In this document: piece by piece, positions 27,101-41,223 of the stretch | How the letters are laid out: every line of letters begins with the position of its first letter | Position numbering within the stretch: the first letter of the stretch is position 1 | NCBI GenBank assembly: GCA_951406725.2 | Contig: OX597830.1 | Coordinates: 24,118,001 to 24,182,000 of the forward strand | DNA length: 64,000 nt | Reading direction: 5' to 3' | Source of the DNA: Octopus vulgaris | Taxonomy: Eukaryota | Notes under the pieces: model-generated | What the model saw: the letters and a program-made list of their open reading frames with translations, nothing else | What the model was told of the DNA's origin: nothing | Database searches by the model: none | Translations under genes and position numbers: made by a program

Positions 27101-27317
27101 AGAGTAAAAGAGTATATAGCTTAGCATGAGAGAAATACTGCGTTTGAATATTGAAGCCGGGTATTTCTTTAAGAAACATGAAGTAGTGATTTATATTCTT
27201 GCATGTGTATTAGAGTGAGATCAAAATCGTTAATTAGTTTAAATTATCCATGCAATTAGAAGACACGAATTCCCCCTGTAACTGCTTACAAATCAGGAAA
27301 ATAATGTTATTATCAGA

Positions 27318-27500
27318 TTTTGGCACAATCCAGCAAGCTCAGCGGTGGGAGGGAACAAGTCAATTACATCAACCCCAATATTCAACTGGTATTTATTTTA
27401 TCGATACCGAAGGTTGAAAGACAAAGTCGATCCCACCGGAATTTGAACTTAGATCGCTAAGAAATTCGTCCAGTGTGTTAACCATTCTGCTATCTCTCTG
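27318..27500 (-). mobile_element. Degenerate group A SINE
   Basis: GAAAGACAAAGTCGATCCCACCGGAATTTGAAC core. Confidence 0.65.
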
Positions 27501-27679
27501 GTTGAATAATGCCAGTAATAATATATCGAAATTATTGAAGTAAATTTAAGCATTTAAGAGCGGGTCTTATCTTTAAAATCCATTGATGAAAAAAATAATA
27601 GACTGTCTTATAAAGTCTCATCTTTAAGGTTCAGTTGTCTTGATTTAGAAGCGTTTGGCATATATAGAAGCATTGGAAA

Positions 27680-27890
27680 TCAGTGATACACCACAAACAG
27701 GTATACCCCCTAACGTAGTTCTCAAGGAGATTGAGCGTGACACAGAATGTGACAAGGCTGGCCCTTTGGAGTACAGGTACTACCCATTTTTGCCATCTGA
27801 GTTGACTAGAGCAATGTGAAATAAAGTGAATCGAACTCAAGACCTTACAATCGTGATCCAAATACCACAACAACTAAACCACGTGCCTTC
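27680..27890 (-). mobile_element. Degenerate group C SINE
   Basis: Homology to 21770-22000. Confidence 0.75.
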
Positions 27891-29700
27891 AGTTAAGATT
27901 ACGTATGTAATTAGAAGAGAAAAATCTCCCTTCGCGAGTGCTTAAAACCTAGAAGCATATAAGAGAGATAACTTCAAGATACCTTTAAATAGCAAAACAA
28001 CGTCTGACAGAAAATAGCGGTTCTTGAATTGAAAGAAAAAGGTCTGCTAGAGTTCTTCTACCTTCATGCTTCTTAAGTACTTGTAACTGTCGTTCTTTCA
28101 TGGATCTCTAATTTAATCGGCACGCTCATTTCTCTAGTCGTTTTTTTTTAAAAAAAAAACAATGATAGAAGCATTTGATATCCGTTCCTCTTTTATGGTC
28201 GCTATATCTCTGCTTCGTTTTCTTTGAATTTCATAACAGCATTTCTTCTGACAGTAAACGGTATTTAAATTTCTCTTCTTCTTTGATATCTTTTATCTGT
28301 AGCCCTCGCTGCTGTCGTTGCTGCGGTCATGCAACACCAAGTCCATCCTCACAGAGTATAAATGTGATCAATGTCATCCAAACCGTGACCACTTCTCTCT
28401 TCTTTTCAGACGCGATAAACCACGACACACGTCTTTAATGAATCAATTTCTAAGACTATAGGCGTAACGGCGTTATTGAAGGGAGTTTTAGCTGCTATTT
28501 GTTGCAGAGCGAGTTACAATTCAGAGGTCGCTAAGTTGGCTCTTGACATTTTTGATTCGATCCTACTGACTGGCACCTTGGCCAAATGTCTTTTACCAAA
28601 GATTCGGCTTGGGTGATCAATAAGTTGAGTACGAAGTTTATCATGACTTTACTTCTGCAAAAATATTAACGGTATTTCGTCAACAAATGTGATAGCTCGA
28701 ACAAAATAAGCTGAAAACCAAAGGAAATTTATATGCCACAATAAAAGTATGAAGGAGAATAAAGATAATTCGAAAGCAAAATAACCAAGAAATATGGAAT
28801 AAAATCAAATAAAATCTCACCATAGCTATTTTAATGTGCATTTGAAAAGTATTGAAAACAAAGCGTATATCAGGGAAAAAAAAAAAAAAAAATTAACGAA
28901 CTGATATTGGAAAAACAAATAAGCGATATTACGAAAAGCTTCACATAATTAAGTGGAATAACTGTATGAGTTATTATCAAGAGAAACATCCCATTGCGTT
29001 TCCTAAACAAACTACGAAATAAACATTTCATATTTGAAATATATCTACATTATATGATAGCTTATGAAAACATGATGGTATTAATAAGTACATTACAGGC
29101 ACAATTATATCAACAAGTGAATGCCGTTTAAAAATTAAATTGATGCTTTTAAAAGATTTATTGTATCCATTGACTTCCACCATGACCACAAATTCTGTAA
29201 TATTGGAGAAAATTATAATCTATTAAGTCACCCGAGTTCATTACTGGTACATTTTCTTATTGAAACCGGAAAGAATTTACCTTAGTGAGATTAGTCTGCA
29301 TATATTTTTATCATTGCCAAGGTACTTTTTATTAAAAAAAGATTGATTCTGTTTTCCGGACCTTATATTCTGGTGACCTTTGTTTTGAGATCTTTACATT
29401 TGGATAAGTTTTGCGCCTCTTTTTAAAGATAGATTACCGTGGTCTCGGAGAGATATACCGATGAAGAGATATATCTTTTCTTGGTTATCCTTGATAAAAA
29501 TATCGGTTCGGTTAGTCTTTATATCTCTCTGTAGGAATAGACATACCCCAGTGTTTGGTTGCTTTGTCCTTCGTGGAAATCTTTCCTCTGTACCAACTAT
29601 TTATTATTATTAACAAGATCATTAAAAATATATGGCAGAATATATATATATATATATATATAAACATACATATACATACAAATATATGCATCCATATATA

Positions 29701-30400
29701 CAGGGTGCGGTGAATAAACTGTTGTCTAAATTACGCAAAAAGGAAAATAACACTGACATCTCATTTTAATAAATATATTTACCAAAATTACATAAAAATA
29801 TCTTGAAAAACTAAAGAGTAAATTTATTCAATAAAATCGTCCTTGGCTTCAACCACGGCCTCCAGACGACTTCGGAATCTCCTGCTACTCTTCTGAACGG
29901 TTTCCTTGTTTAAGTTGGTGAATGCACCAAAATCTTTGCTTTCATTTCATTTTTGGTGTTACAATGAGCTTTTTGGTCTCTCTCTCAACTGCGCCACACA
30001 CATAATAGTTAAGTGAGTTGCAGTTTAGGGACTTAAGTGGCCAGATGTTAGGGGTGATATGGTCACAGAAATTGTCTGAGAGTTATGACTGGGTTCTCCT
30101 GCTTGTGTGGCATGGTGCAGTGTCCTGTCGCCAGATATAGGGTCTTACAGCAGCCTCCGTCTTGACCCAGGCCAGCGCTACTTTCTCCAAGCACTTCATG
30201 TAGGCCTCTTTGTCAAGTCTGAGGCCGTGCGGGAAGATGAATGGAGGCATAACGTCACCATCACTAGTGATCGCTCCAAACACCAAGATGCTGACTGGAT
30301 GTTTGATTTTTATCACTCTCGGTACATGTCCTCAGATTGTTAGTCCAACACAAATCCATTTTTACATCTAGGATGAAGTGGTTCATAATAACCAAGCTTT
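29701..30400 (-). mobile_element. maT (DD37D) transposon 3' fragment, pseudogenised
   Basis: TA + CAGGGTG terminus; ILVFGAITSDG...QDTAPCH...IWPLKSLNCNSLNYY with 37 residues between the second D and the degenerate third catalytic position; ends RFRSRLEAVVEAKDDFIE*. Confidence 0.85.
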
Positions 30401-30569
30401 TATTCCTTCGTCCTGCCAGCATGTAAGGCCTTACGGGGTGCTTTCTCTCTGATGGCAAAGCTCTGTGCGTCGATGAAGAACACAAGCCATCGCATTGCAA
30501 CAAGGCTCGGACTTTGTGATGGTTTTCCTAATGTGAAAAGTTTGACTCTGGGAGATTTATTTGCTATGC

Positions 30570-30740
30570 AGCGAGCTGGCAGAATCGTTGTTAAAACGCT
30601 GGGCTAAGTGCTTACGGGCATTTCGTCTGATCATACGTCCTGAGCTCAAACACCACGGAGACGGACTTTGCCTTTCATCCTTCCAAGGTCGATAAAATAA
30701 GTATCAGTTGAGCACAGGGGTCGGTGTAATCGACTTAACT
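30570..30740 (+). mobile_element. Degenerate group A SINE
   Basis: GCGAGCTGGCAGAATCGTT head and GACTTTGCCTTTCATCCTTCC core. Confidence 0.75.
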
Positions 30741-30919
30741 ACTTCTGGATATAAGCATAAAAACAGCATCCCCTCTGCCTAACCATATCGAACCAATGTT
30801 ACAGATTAGGCTCATCAAACCAGTATGATCCCAAGCTCAAATTCGAGGTCCCTGTATTGGACCGTGATTGGTGGAGAGAACCTGCTGAGGCCTTCGCCCT
30901 GTCTGCTTTCTTCTTGCTT

Positions 30920-31250
30920 CTTGCTTCGTGCTGTAATTTGTTGGGACTGGGGTCATCTGAGGTTAGTGGTTTCGGAAACGTTATCATGCGTAAAGCGGAC
31001 CAGGTCCACCAGTGCTCTCTATCATTGGCGGTGCCGTGCAAGTCCCTCTGCATCCTCCAAGATAACGCCGAGCCTCTGGATACCTTTCCTAATCACGTCC
31101 AAACTTCTGGTTGGGCTGCCACGAGACCTCTTCCAGCCCGCAGCTGCTGCACCGAATGGAAGTCATACAATGGAGTGAAAATAAGCAATCCAATCCAATC
31201 CAATTTATGATACCCGGATAAGTTTCCATGTGGAGTTAGCATTATTGTTG
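30920..31250 (-). mobile_element. RTE-like LINE 3' end, decayed
   Basis: KRSRGSPTRSLDVIRKGIQRLGVILEDAERLARHR..RALV resembles the RTE C-terminal KRPRGRP..RW.D...A.DR..WR motif; homologous to 61160-61285. Confidence 0.65.
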
Positions 31251-32087
31251 ATTCGAGCCCGCTAGCTGGTATCTTACGTAAATCTTTTCTTTAATATACT
31301 GGGGTTGACCAATTTTTTTGTGAGTGAAGTCTATCGCTATTTCTTACAGCTCTGTATTTAAAACAATTTCGTCAACAAACTTGATTTATCGAAGGAAAAT
31401 ATTATATAAACAAAGAAAATTTAAAAGAATAAAATGAACTTAAAAAAACACTACAGAAGCGAGAAAATATAAAATTCTTCAATAAAACCCAAATATATTC
31501 CTTAATGTACATCACTGAAATATCAACAAACAGAGCTTTTATCCCGAGAAACTTAAATAAACTGTTATTAGAAAAATACACAACGAAGCTGGTGACACGT
31601 GGAAAAACTTGAGATAATTAAGTCGAATAACTATATGAGTTATTACCAAAAGAAACATCCCGTTGAGCTTCGAAGCAAACCACGAAATAAGCATCCGATA
31701 TTTATAATATGTCTAAATAATACGATTGCTTGCTAAAAGATGTGGTGGTTTTGGTAAGTGTGTTTAGATGCAGGTTACATCTGGTACTTGATGTCATTTA
31801 GAAGTGGTTTTCTTTGTCTTTTATGTTATTTTATTTCTACTAATCTGTTGAATTTTAAGTATAAGAACATAACCAAATGATTTGCAAGTTCGGGGAAAGA
31901 TGCAGATGATTAAATCGACTGATTTTTCTACTTGGTTGGTACATAAATAACAATTAGAAAATATACAGTAATAACTTATAATCAGTAGTTTCGTATAACA
32001 ACATCATTGGGAATTAGTGTCTAAGGCAGAAACCATAAAGGAAAAAGAAAGAAAGAAAGAAAGGATTATATATTTTCAATAATATTG

Positions 32088-32245
32088 CTGCGTGGTAAGA
32101 AGTTTGCTCTGCAACCACATGGTTCCAGGTTCAGTCCCAGTGCGTGGCACCATGGTCAAGTGTCTTCGGCAATAGCCTCGACATAACCAAAGCATTTTGA
32201 GTGAATTTGGTAGACGGAAACCGAAAGAAGCCCGTTGCATGTATG

Positions 32246-32296
<51 letters not shown>

Positions 32297-32580
32297 ATAT
32301 GTGTGTGTGTTTGTATGTGTGTGTGTGTATGTTTGTATGTGTGTGTGTGTGTGTGAATGAGTGTGTCTTGGTTTATGTGTTTAACCCTCATCACCGCCTG
32401 ACAATGGGCTTCGGTGTATTTGCATCACTGTAACCTAGCGGTTCGGCGAAAACTAACCAATAGAATAAGTACCAGGCTTTAAAACAATATATACTTTAGA
32501 TCGATTCATTCGATTAAATATTCTTCAAGACGGTGCCCCGGCATGGCTGCAGACTAATGACTGAAACAAGATAAAGATAA
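32088..32580 (+). mobile_element. Group B SINE
   Basis: Head, internal SSR and tail as in 26641-27100. Confidence 0.85.
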
Positions 32581-33399
32581 AAAATAAAATTATATTAGAT
32601 ATCACAAGCATCGATTTGATTTAGGGTAAACTTCATTGTTATATAACCTATCCCGTTAGCGCTAAGTCGCCGACGACTTAACAAACTTATTATATCGATA
32701 TAACAGACTCGGTAAGTGTGGAAGTGTGTGGCAGACTTTCTCCGCTATAAACTATATCTCGTACGACCGGCAAGCGGCAAGCAATAGATGTTATTCGTGT
32801 CTCCTCATAGGTAGAGAAGGAATGTTTGCCGATAATTAGAACGTTTCATGTTTCACACGGCGATTTCTAATTACTGACAAGAATGGCTTTCATCGATAAA
32901 TCGCCATTTTGTTTTCAATGCAATTTTGAAAGAATTTCACACAATACTTTGATTTAAGAATTGTTTGGCACTAATTTCAATTTGTAATGAACTTCTTTTG
33001 TAGTTTTTCGCTGTACATGTTTTTCTGAGTAGATGTATGCCTGCATGTTTGTCTGTACGTTTGTATGATTTTATATCGTAAGCTATTTACATGCAAGTAT
33101 AAGCGAGCAATGTATGTATATAAATAGTTACAGAAAATACACATACGTATATTTTGATTTACAAATATTTGCATAACACACACGCGCACATACACACATA
33201 TAGTAAGTGTATTTGTGTGTGTAAGGTATCTTTACATGAACTCGGCGTTTATTATATGTGAATAAGTATGCGTGTACCAGTTCGTGTTATCATCTTGGAG
33301 TTATTAATGTGCAATATATATGTGTATTTTTATGTGTGGAGATGTATATATATACACGCGTATGTGTGTATTTATGTATATATGTATATACGTGTATAT

Positions 33400-33672
33400 A
33401 CTCTTACTCTTTTACTTGTTTCAGTCATTTGACTGTGGCCATGATGAAGCACCGCGTTTAATCGAGCAAATCGACCCCAGGACTTATTCTTTGTAAACCT
33501 AGTACTTATTCTATCGGTCCCTTCTGTCGAACCGCTAAGTTACGGGGAAGTAAACACACCAGCATCGGTTGTCAAGCGATATTAGGGGGACAAACACAGA
33601 TATACAAACATAAACACACACACACACACACACACACATATGTACATATATACGACGCAGCCACTCCTACGC
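33400..33672 (-). mobile_element. Group B SINE with most of the head deleted
   Basis: Tail 33400-33600; SSR joined directly to GCAGCCACTCCTACGCCT. Confidence 0.8.
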
Positions 33673-34046
33673 CTATAAAAATATGCGGTACTTCTCGCGA
33701 GACGATATATATATATATATATTACGCACATACATACATACAATAATTCATAAGTGTGTGTGTGTGTGTGTGTGTGAGTGTGTACAGAGAAAGAGAGAGA
33801 CAGGGACACATACACAGATTTACATATATATGTATATATACCTATATATACACTCGTAAAAGAAAAGCGGACAGAAGCAGAGAGGGAAAGAAAAGTATGA
33901 GTTTGAACGATAACGTTTATATGCATGTTCGTAATGTCCATACACACATGCCTACAAGCATGGAAATGCGCAGTCACACACTTCTGCGTTTACACTTATG
34001 CACATGCAGAAATGTCACAGTTGCTGCTGCCGCTGTTTATAATATT

Positions 34047-34151
34047 TTGCTGTTGTTGTTGTTATTATTATTGTTGTTGTTGTTCTTGTTGTTCTTCTTG
34101 ATCTTCTTGACCCTCTTCCTGGTCTTCTTGTTCTTGTTCTTCTTCTTGGTC

Positions 34152-34183
<32 letters not shown>

Positions 34184-34300
34184 CTTCTTCTTCTTCTTCT
34201 TCTTCTTCTTCTTCTTCTTGTACTTGTTGTTATTGTTGTTGTTGTTGTTGTTGTTCTTCTTCTTCTTCTTCTTCTTCTTCTTCTTCTTGTACTTGTTGTT

Positions 34301-34333
<33 letters not shown>

Positions 34334-34398
34334 CTTCTTCTTCTTCTTCTTCTTCTTCTTCTTCTTCTTCTTCTTCTTCTTCTTCTTCTTCTTCTTCT
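34047..34398. repeat. (TTG)n/(TTC)n compound array
   Basis: Direct inspection. Confidence 0.95.
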
Positions 34399-34830
34399 AT
34401 CAAAAGAATTTTCATTTGATATTATCTTGACCCTTTTTTCTCCTTCGAAATTCGTATGCATTCGGGGGCTATCATTCTTCATTGCGTCCCCTAATTTCAA
34501 AAGCATAATGGCTGCAATTTAAGAGAGATTGGGTTGCCATTTCTAGCAATTCCAACTACACCGTAGAAGCGCCGTTAACAATGGCTTCGTTAACATTTAC
34601 GGTGTGTTCGCATGTGTTAACACTGTTCTCTTGTGTTCACATCAAACGATTTTACTTAACGAAATATAAACTCAAACTAACGTCTTCATTGAAATTATGA
34701 AGTCTACCGAGATTAAACTGTTTGAAATACCTAATGAGTGAGGAAAAGACAAACGTATCCAGAAGCTGTCGTCTGCTTTGTTTTGAGTTCATTAACCGAC
34801 ATAACACTCGTTGGGGGAAGGGAACAGTAA

Positions 34831-34904
<74 letters not shown>

Positions 34905-35062
34905 ACATACACACTATTTCTCTCGCGCGCGCATACGCACACAAACGTACACACACAAACACACAAACATACATATATATATATATACACATATATATGT
35001 ATATTTGTATGTATATATATATGTATATACACACACATTAAATATGTATGTATAATATATGC

Positions 35063-35166
<104 letters not shown>

Positions 35167-35187
35167 CAGACACACAGACAGACAGAC

Positions 35188-35258
<71 letters not shown>

Positions 35259-35844
35259 AACTATTTTCAGAATGATGCCATGTTGCTTAAGTTGTTCTCA
35301 GTCAATGATGATAGAATCTACTTTGTTGATTTTGATGATGATGATGATGAAGGGGAGGAGGAGGAGGAGGATGAGGAGGAGGGGAGGAGTTTGCGGTGAA
35401 GGACGAGGATGACAGTAAAGATGATGATCCTGATGATGATGACGACGACGACGACGACGATGTTGGCTGTTTTTGACCTGCATGCATTATGGTCATTTTC
35501 GCTGTTGCTATTCTGGTCGTTGTTGGCGTTGTTGGTGTTTCTACAGTTAATATTTAGCCACAGGTCAGATCATAACGAACAGAACAGGCCTCATAATCAT
35601 AGACATTTCAATTCTATACTGACAATTCTGTCTTTTCTTTCGGGCATAGTATATCTCGGACTACAGCGCCGTTTTCACCACCAGTACCACTCCTCTTTAA
35701 TACTGAAAGATGTTTCCATGATAATTTAGCTGCTATTTCTATGTTGCTGTCTCTCACTCTCAGTCTCACACACACGAACATACACACACAGACACACATT
35801 CATGAAAACGCCCACATAGATCTACACATACAAACCATCACACA

Positions 35845-35896
<52 letters not shown>

Positions 35897-36311
35897 TACA
35901 CACACGCCTACACTTTCTGTCTCTCATTCTCTCTCTCTGCACACACACATGCATACACACATAAATGCACAGATACGTCGGACACGCACTCACACACACG
36001 TTTATCACATACGCCGTTTACACATATACATACACAGACTCTCGCTCATTCTTCTCACACGTACACACTCCCTAACGTATAGACACAGGTCATTTACACA
36101 TACATACATATATACATACATACATACATACATACATACATACATGCATACAAACTTATATACATACACACATACATACATACACATACATACATACGCA
36201 CATTCACACACATACATACATACATAGACACACATACATACACACACATACATACATGCATACATACATGAATACATACATGCATACATAAATGCATACA
36301 TACTTACATAC

Positions 36312-36725
36312 AGGCGTAGGAGTGGCTGTGTGGTAAGTGGCTTGCTTACCAAGCACATGGCTCTGGTTTCAGTCCCACTGCGTGGCACCTTGGGTAAGTG
36401 TCTTCTACTATAGCCTCGGGCCGATCAAAGCCTTGTGAGGGGATTTGGTAGACGGAAACTGAAAGAAGCCCGTCGTATATATGTACACATACATCTGTAT
36501 GTGTGTGTGTATATGTTTGTGTGTCCGTGTCTGCTCCCCCACCCCCCAACATCACTTGACAACTGATGCTGGTGTGTTTACCTCCCCGTAAATTAGTGGT
36601 TCGACAAAAGAGACCGATAGAATAAGTACTAGGCTTACAAAGAATAAGTCCTGGGGTCAATTTGCTCGACTGAAGGCGGTGCTGCAGCATGGCCATAGTC
36701 AAATGATTGAAACGAGTAAAAGAAA
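36312..36725 (+). mobile_element. Full-length group B SINE
   Basis: Same organisation as 26641-27100. Confidence 0.9.
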
Positions 36726-36954
36726 GATTATACATACATAAATACATACATACATACATCTAAAGTAGTCGTTTTCTTGTAGATGAGCAAAGCTGTTGCT
36801 AGAAAGGATCATTGAAATGAGTCATTGATGATGCAATGTGAGGCCCTTATATGACTTTTGAGCCCGGCCAAATATTTGCCCATTCTGTTGCATAATGCAC
36901 AGCTACACACACATACACACACGCACACACGCGCATACACACATAGATATATTG

Positions 36955-37323
36955 TGGCCCTCCATTGGTTACGATGGGTTCCAGTTGATCCGATCAACGG
37001 AACAGCCTGCTCATGAAATTATCGTGCAAGTGGCTGAGCACTCCACAGACCCGTGCACCCTTAACATAGTTCTCGGCGTGACACAGAGTGTGACAGGCCT
37101 GGCCATTTGAAATACAGGTACAACAGAATCAGGAAGAAAGAGTGAGAGAAATTTGTGGTGAAAGAGTACAGCAGGGTTCGCCACCAACACCCACCGCCCT
37201 GCCAGACCCTCGTGGAGCTTTAGGTGTTTTCAATAAACACTCACAACGCCCGGTCTGGGAATCGAAACTGCGATCCTACGACCGCGAGTCCGCTGTCCTA
37301 ACCACTGGGCCATTGCGCTTCCA
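36955..37323 (-). mobile_element. Group C SINE (same type as 4831-5213)
   Basis: Reverse-complement homology along the whole length. Confidence 0.9.
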
Positions 37324-37371
37324 CACAAACATTCATACACATGCACTCACTCTCTTTTTCTCTCTCACTCT

Positions 37372-37603
37372 TATTTATTTATTGCCCACAAGGAGTTAAA
37401 CATAGAGAAGACAAACAAGGACAGGCAAAGAGTTTAAGTCGATTAGGGCGATCCCAGTGCGTAACTGGTACTTAATTTATCGACCCCGAAAGGATGAAAG
37501 GCAAAGTCGACCTCGGCGGAATTTGAACTCAGAACGTAACGGCACACGATATACGGCTAAGCATTTCGCCCGGCGTGCTAACGTTTCTGCCAGCTCGCCG
37601 CCT
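37372..37603 (-). mobile_element. Group A SINE monomer
   Basis: Intact head and core. Confidence 0.9.
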
Positions 37604-37818
37604 TTATTCTCTCTTTCACTCTTTCCACGCGCACTCACTCACACACACATTCACACACACTCGCACACGTAAAAATATCATAAATATTGATTACCTCCCT
37701 TGTTGTTGAAGGACACTATATGAAAATACGTTAATAAAACAATGGAAACACTTTGAAGAAGAGTTTTAAAAACAAATACTGCCCACAGTTAGCAACCACG
37801 TGCTCACAAATATACAAA

Positions 37819-37854
<36 letters not shown>

Positions 37855-38317
37855 TACGCGCACATATACGAACACAAATACATGCATATGCAAACTCATT
37901 CTGTGAAGACACTTTACATAAGTTTGCCCAGCACATATATTCTTAAACACATCACCCCCAAACAAACACACATACACACTCATAGCAACACATACATACA
38001 TGATCACACATACACATCAATACACACACACATCACAATACACACATACACACACTCATTGCCATACATACACACACAAACACACATCTTCATAAACATC
38101 ATCATAATTATCATTACGCATCACACATACACATCACTATATTGACAGTGCCGCACATAAACACACATCGCCCGAGACACAAGTACTCACACACATTTTA
38201 CTATGCACTAGCACACACACTGCTACACTTACGAATACCACCACCACCACCACCACAACCACTACTATTGCCACCACCTCCATCACCATCACTACAATTA
38301 TTACTACTACGAGCAGT

Positions 38318-38364
<47 letters not shown>

Positions 38365-38477
38365 TAGTAGTAGTAGTAGTAGTACACAGATATTTACACA
38401 TTGACAAAGGCATCTAATCATACACATCTGCACAAACACGCACGCACATAACCATATTTTTCAGACAGATGCATACA

Positions 38478-38662
38478 CACACACTACCACTCGCACACAC
38501 ACTACCACTCGCACACACACTACCACTCGCACACACACTACCACTCGCACACACACTACCACTCGCACACACACTACCACTCGCACACACACTACCACTC
38601 GCACACACACTACCACTCGCACACACACTACCACTCGCACACACACTACCACTCGCACACAC
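38478..38662. repeat. 18-bp minisatellite (ACTACCACTCGCACACAC) x~10
   Basis: Perfect tandem units. Confidence 0.95.
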
Positions 38663-38719
38663 ACATGCACACACAAACGCAAACACACATACACACATAC
38701 ACAACCACACACAAACAGG

Positions 38720-38751
<32 letters not shown>

Positions 38752-39052
38752 CACACACAAACGCAAACACGCATACACACATACACAACCACACACACAC
38801 ACACGCACACTCATACGCTAAACAAATCAATTTACGAGAACGGGGAAAACGAAAGTAGAAAGGAGATAAAGAAGATGTAAATGAATGTTGGGAGAATTAC
38901 ACTAGAGTTAAAGGGATCTGCGTGGAATAAGGGGTTCGAGTGGGAGGAGCACCGAACGGTATGGGGCGGTGCTGGGGTTAGTTATATTGTAATGACAGAA
39001 CTAATGTGTTGTTTACAGGTTGTTGTCGTCGTCGTCGTCGTCGTCGTCGTCG

Positions 39053-39093
<41 letters not shown>

Positions 39094-39417
39094 CATATTA
39101 AAGCTGCAGCTGTTCCTGATGCGATGTTTGGGCAGGATGTGGTGGCGATGATGATGATGATGATGATGTTGACGATGGTGGTTGTGTTGGTGGTGGCTGT
39201 GGCGGTGGCAGTGATGGTGGTGGTGGTGGCAGTGCCAGTGATGGTGGTGGTGTTTTGGAGTTGCTAATTTATTTTTTAAATTCTTTGTTTTGCCAGTTTT
39301 TCGTACACCGAATAATCATTATCATTAACACCGCCATAACCACCACCACCACTGCCGCCGCCGCCGCCACTGCTACAGTCGCCGTCATCGTCGCATCATC
39401 ATCTTTATCCTCACCAC

Positions 39418-39458
<41 letters not shown>

Positions 39459-40127
39459 CCATCTTCTTCTTTATCTTCTTCTTTATCTTCTTCTTTATCT
39501 TCTTCTTCTTCTTTGCGAACGTTGGAGTCAATAATCAATTTATTTTAACCAATGTACGAAAACCGCTATATGAGCCTTGCTGTCAATACAAGCGTGCACG
39601 CAAATAAGTGTGTGTGTGTGTGTGTTAGTGTTTGTATGTATACACACACACATATATATATACATATATACATATATGTGTGTGTACGTTTGTGCATGTG
39701 TATACACACATATATACATACATATGTTTGTGTATGTATGTATGTATGTATGTATGTATGTATGTATATGCATGCATGCATGTATGTATGTATGCATGTA
39801 TGTATGTATGTATGTATGTATGTATGTATGTATGTATGTATGTGTGTATGTATGCATGTATGTGTATATATCGGTATACGCAATCAAAATAGCATTAAAT
39901 TAAAATACCCACACATGAATCAATCTTAACGTATATACACCGTTGGCAGGTATGATGCTCTGGTTTTCCTCAGAGAGGAAATCTCTTCATAGAGATGTGT
40001 TAATAATAAATTATGTATGGATGTGAGACGCACATCATCCGAGTAGAGAGCTCCGAAAACGTCAGATGTTTTTCGGCTTCCTTGAGACTTGTCGGTGAAA
40101 TGTAGTCGCTATTTACATGCCTTGAGG

Positions 40128-40158
<31 letters not shown>

Positions 40159-40643
40159 TGTATGTATGTATGTATGTATGTATGTATGTATGTATGTATG
40201 TACGTATGTATGTATGTACGTATGTATGTACGTATGTATGTATGTATGTATGTATGTATGTATGATTTATGGCAAGCATTAAGTAATACATTCACCGATA
40301 TTGCGGAAACACTTCGGGATGAATAAAAACTCGGTGTACGCAGTTGAAGCAATTTTATATCCAAATAGCCATGTTTTGTAACATATTTGAAGCATATACA
40401 CCTTTGAAAGACATGAAGCTGTGGTTTCCGTATGAGTGAAAACCACTTCTTAGACACGCTGTGCTAAAAACACGATGTATATTGGAGTGATACTATGTGC
40501 CACCCAGCAAGAACATCCGCTAGAACATCTGATGCACTCTGGTTACTTTTTGAGTGTAGATATATTTGCTGCATGCATAAGCGAACTTGGCATTCAAGCA
40601 TATCGACATACACATAAACACACACGCACACACACATGTATAC

Positions 40644-40850
40644 GACAGGGTGATGAAAAGTTCTTGGCTTTGAGGATATTGCGAAAAGTCTGGTTGGAGG
40701 GCCAAACTTCTAATTCTTTTACAAGGCTTAGAAAAACTGAAGGATCGCTGCAATAAGTATGTGAATCTGAGAGGGAAATATGTTGAATAAAATCATAATT
40801 TCTCTTGTATTTTCTTTTATCCAAAGACAGTAACTTTTCAGCAACCCTAC

Positions 40851-40852
<2 letters not shown>
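40644..40852 (+). mobile_element. Mariner-derived MITE
   Basis: TIRs ...AGGGTGATGAAAAGTT / AACTTTTCAGCAACCCT...; retains the transposase end RCNKYVNLRGKYVE*. Confidence 0.75.
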
Positions 40853-40927
<75 letters not shown>

Positions 40928-41055
40928 TACTTGGAGAAGAGAAAGAAACGAAACGACGCGAGGGCGCTCAGTCATACAATAAATTAATAAATAAAATATA
41001 TGCATTTATGTTTTCGTTTCTCGTTGAGTTCCACGTCTATTTGTGGTGTCCTGTA

Positions 41056-41109
<54 letters not shown>

Positions 41110-41170
41110 TGTATATATACATGTAGATGTAGGTGTGTGCATGTATGTATGTATGTATGCATATATTTTA

Positions 41171-41223
<53 letters not shown>

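Noticed and set aside
32712-32810. Possible 99-nt GTAAGT...CATAG intron
   Set aside because: Flanking sequence gives no convincing reading frame; such signals arise by chance
40031-40070. Hammerhead-like ACATC...CTCCGAAAACGTCAGATGT
   Set aside because: No recognisable CUGANGA core; too degenerate to call
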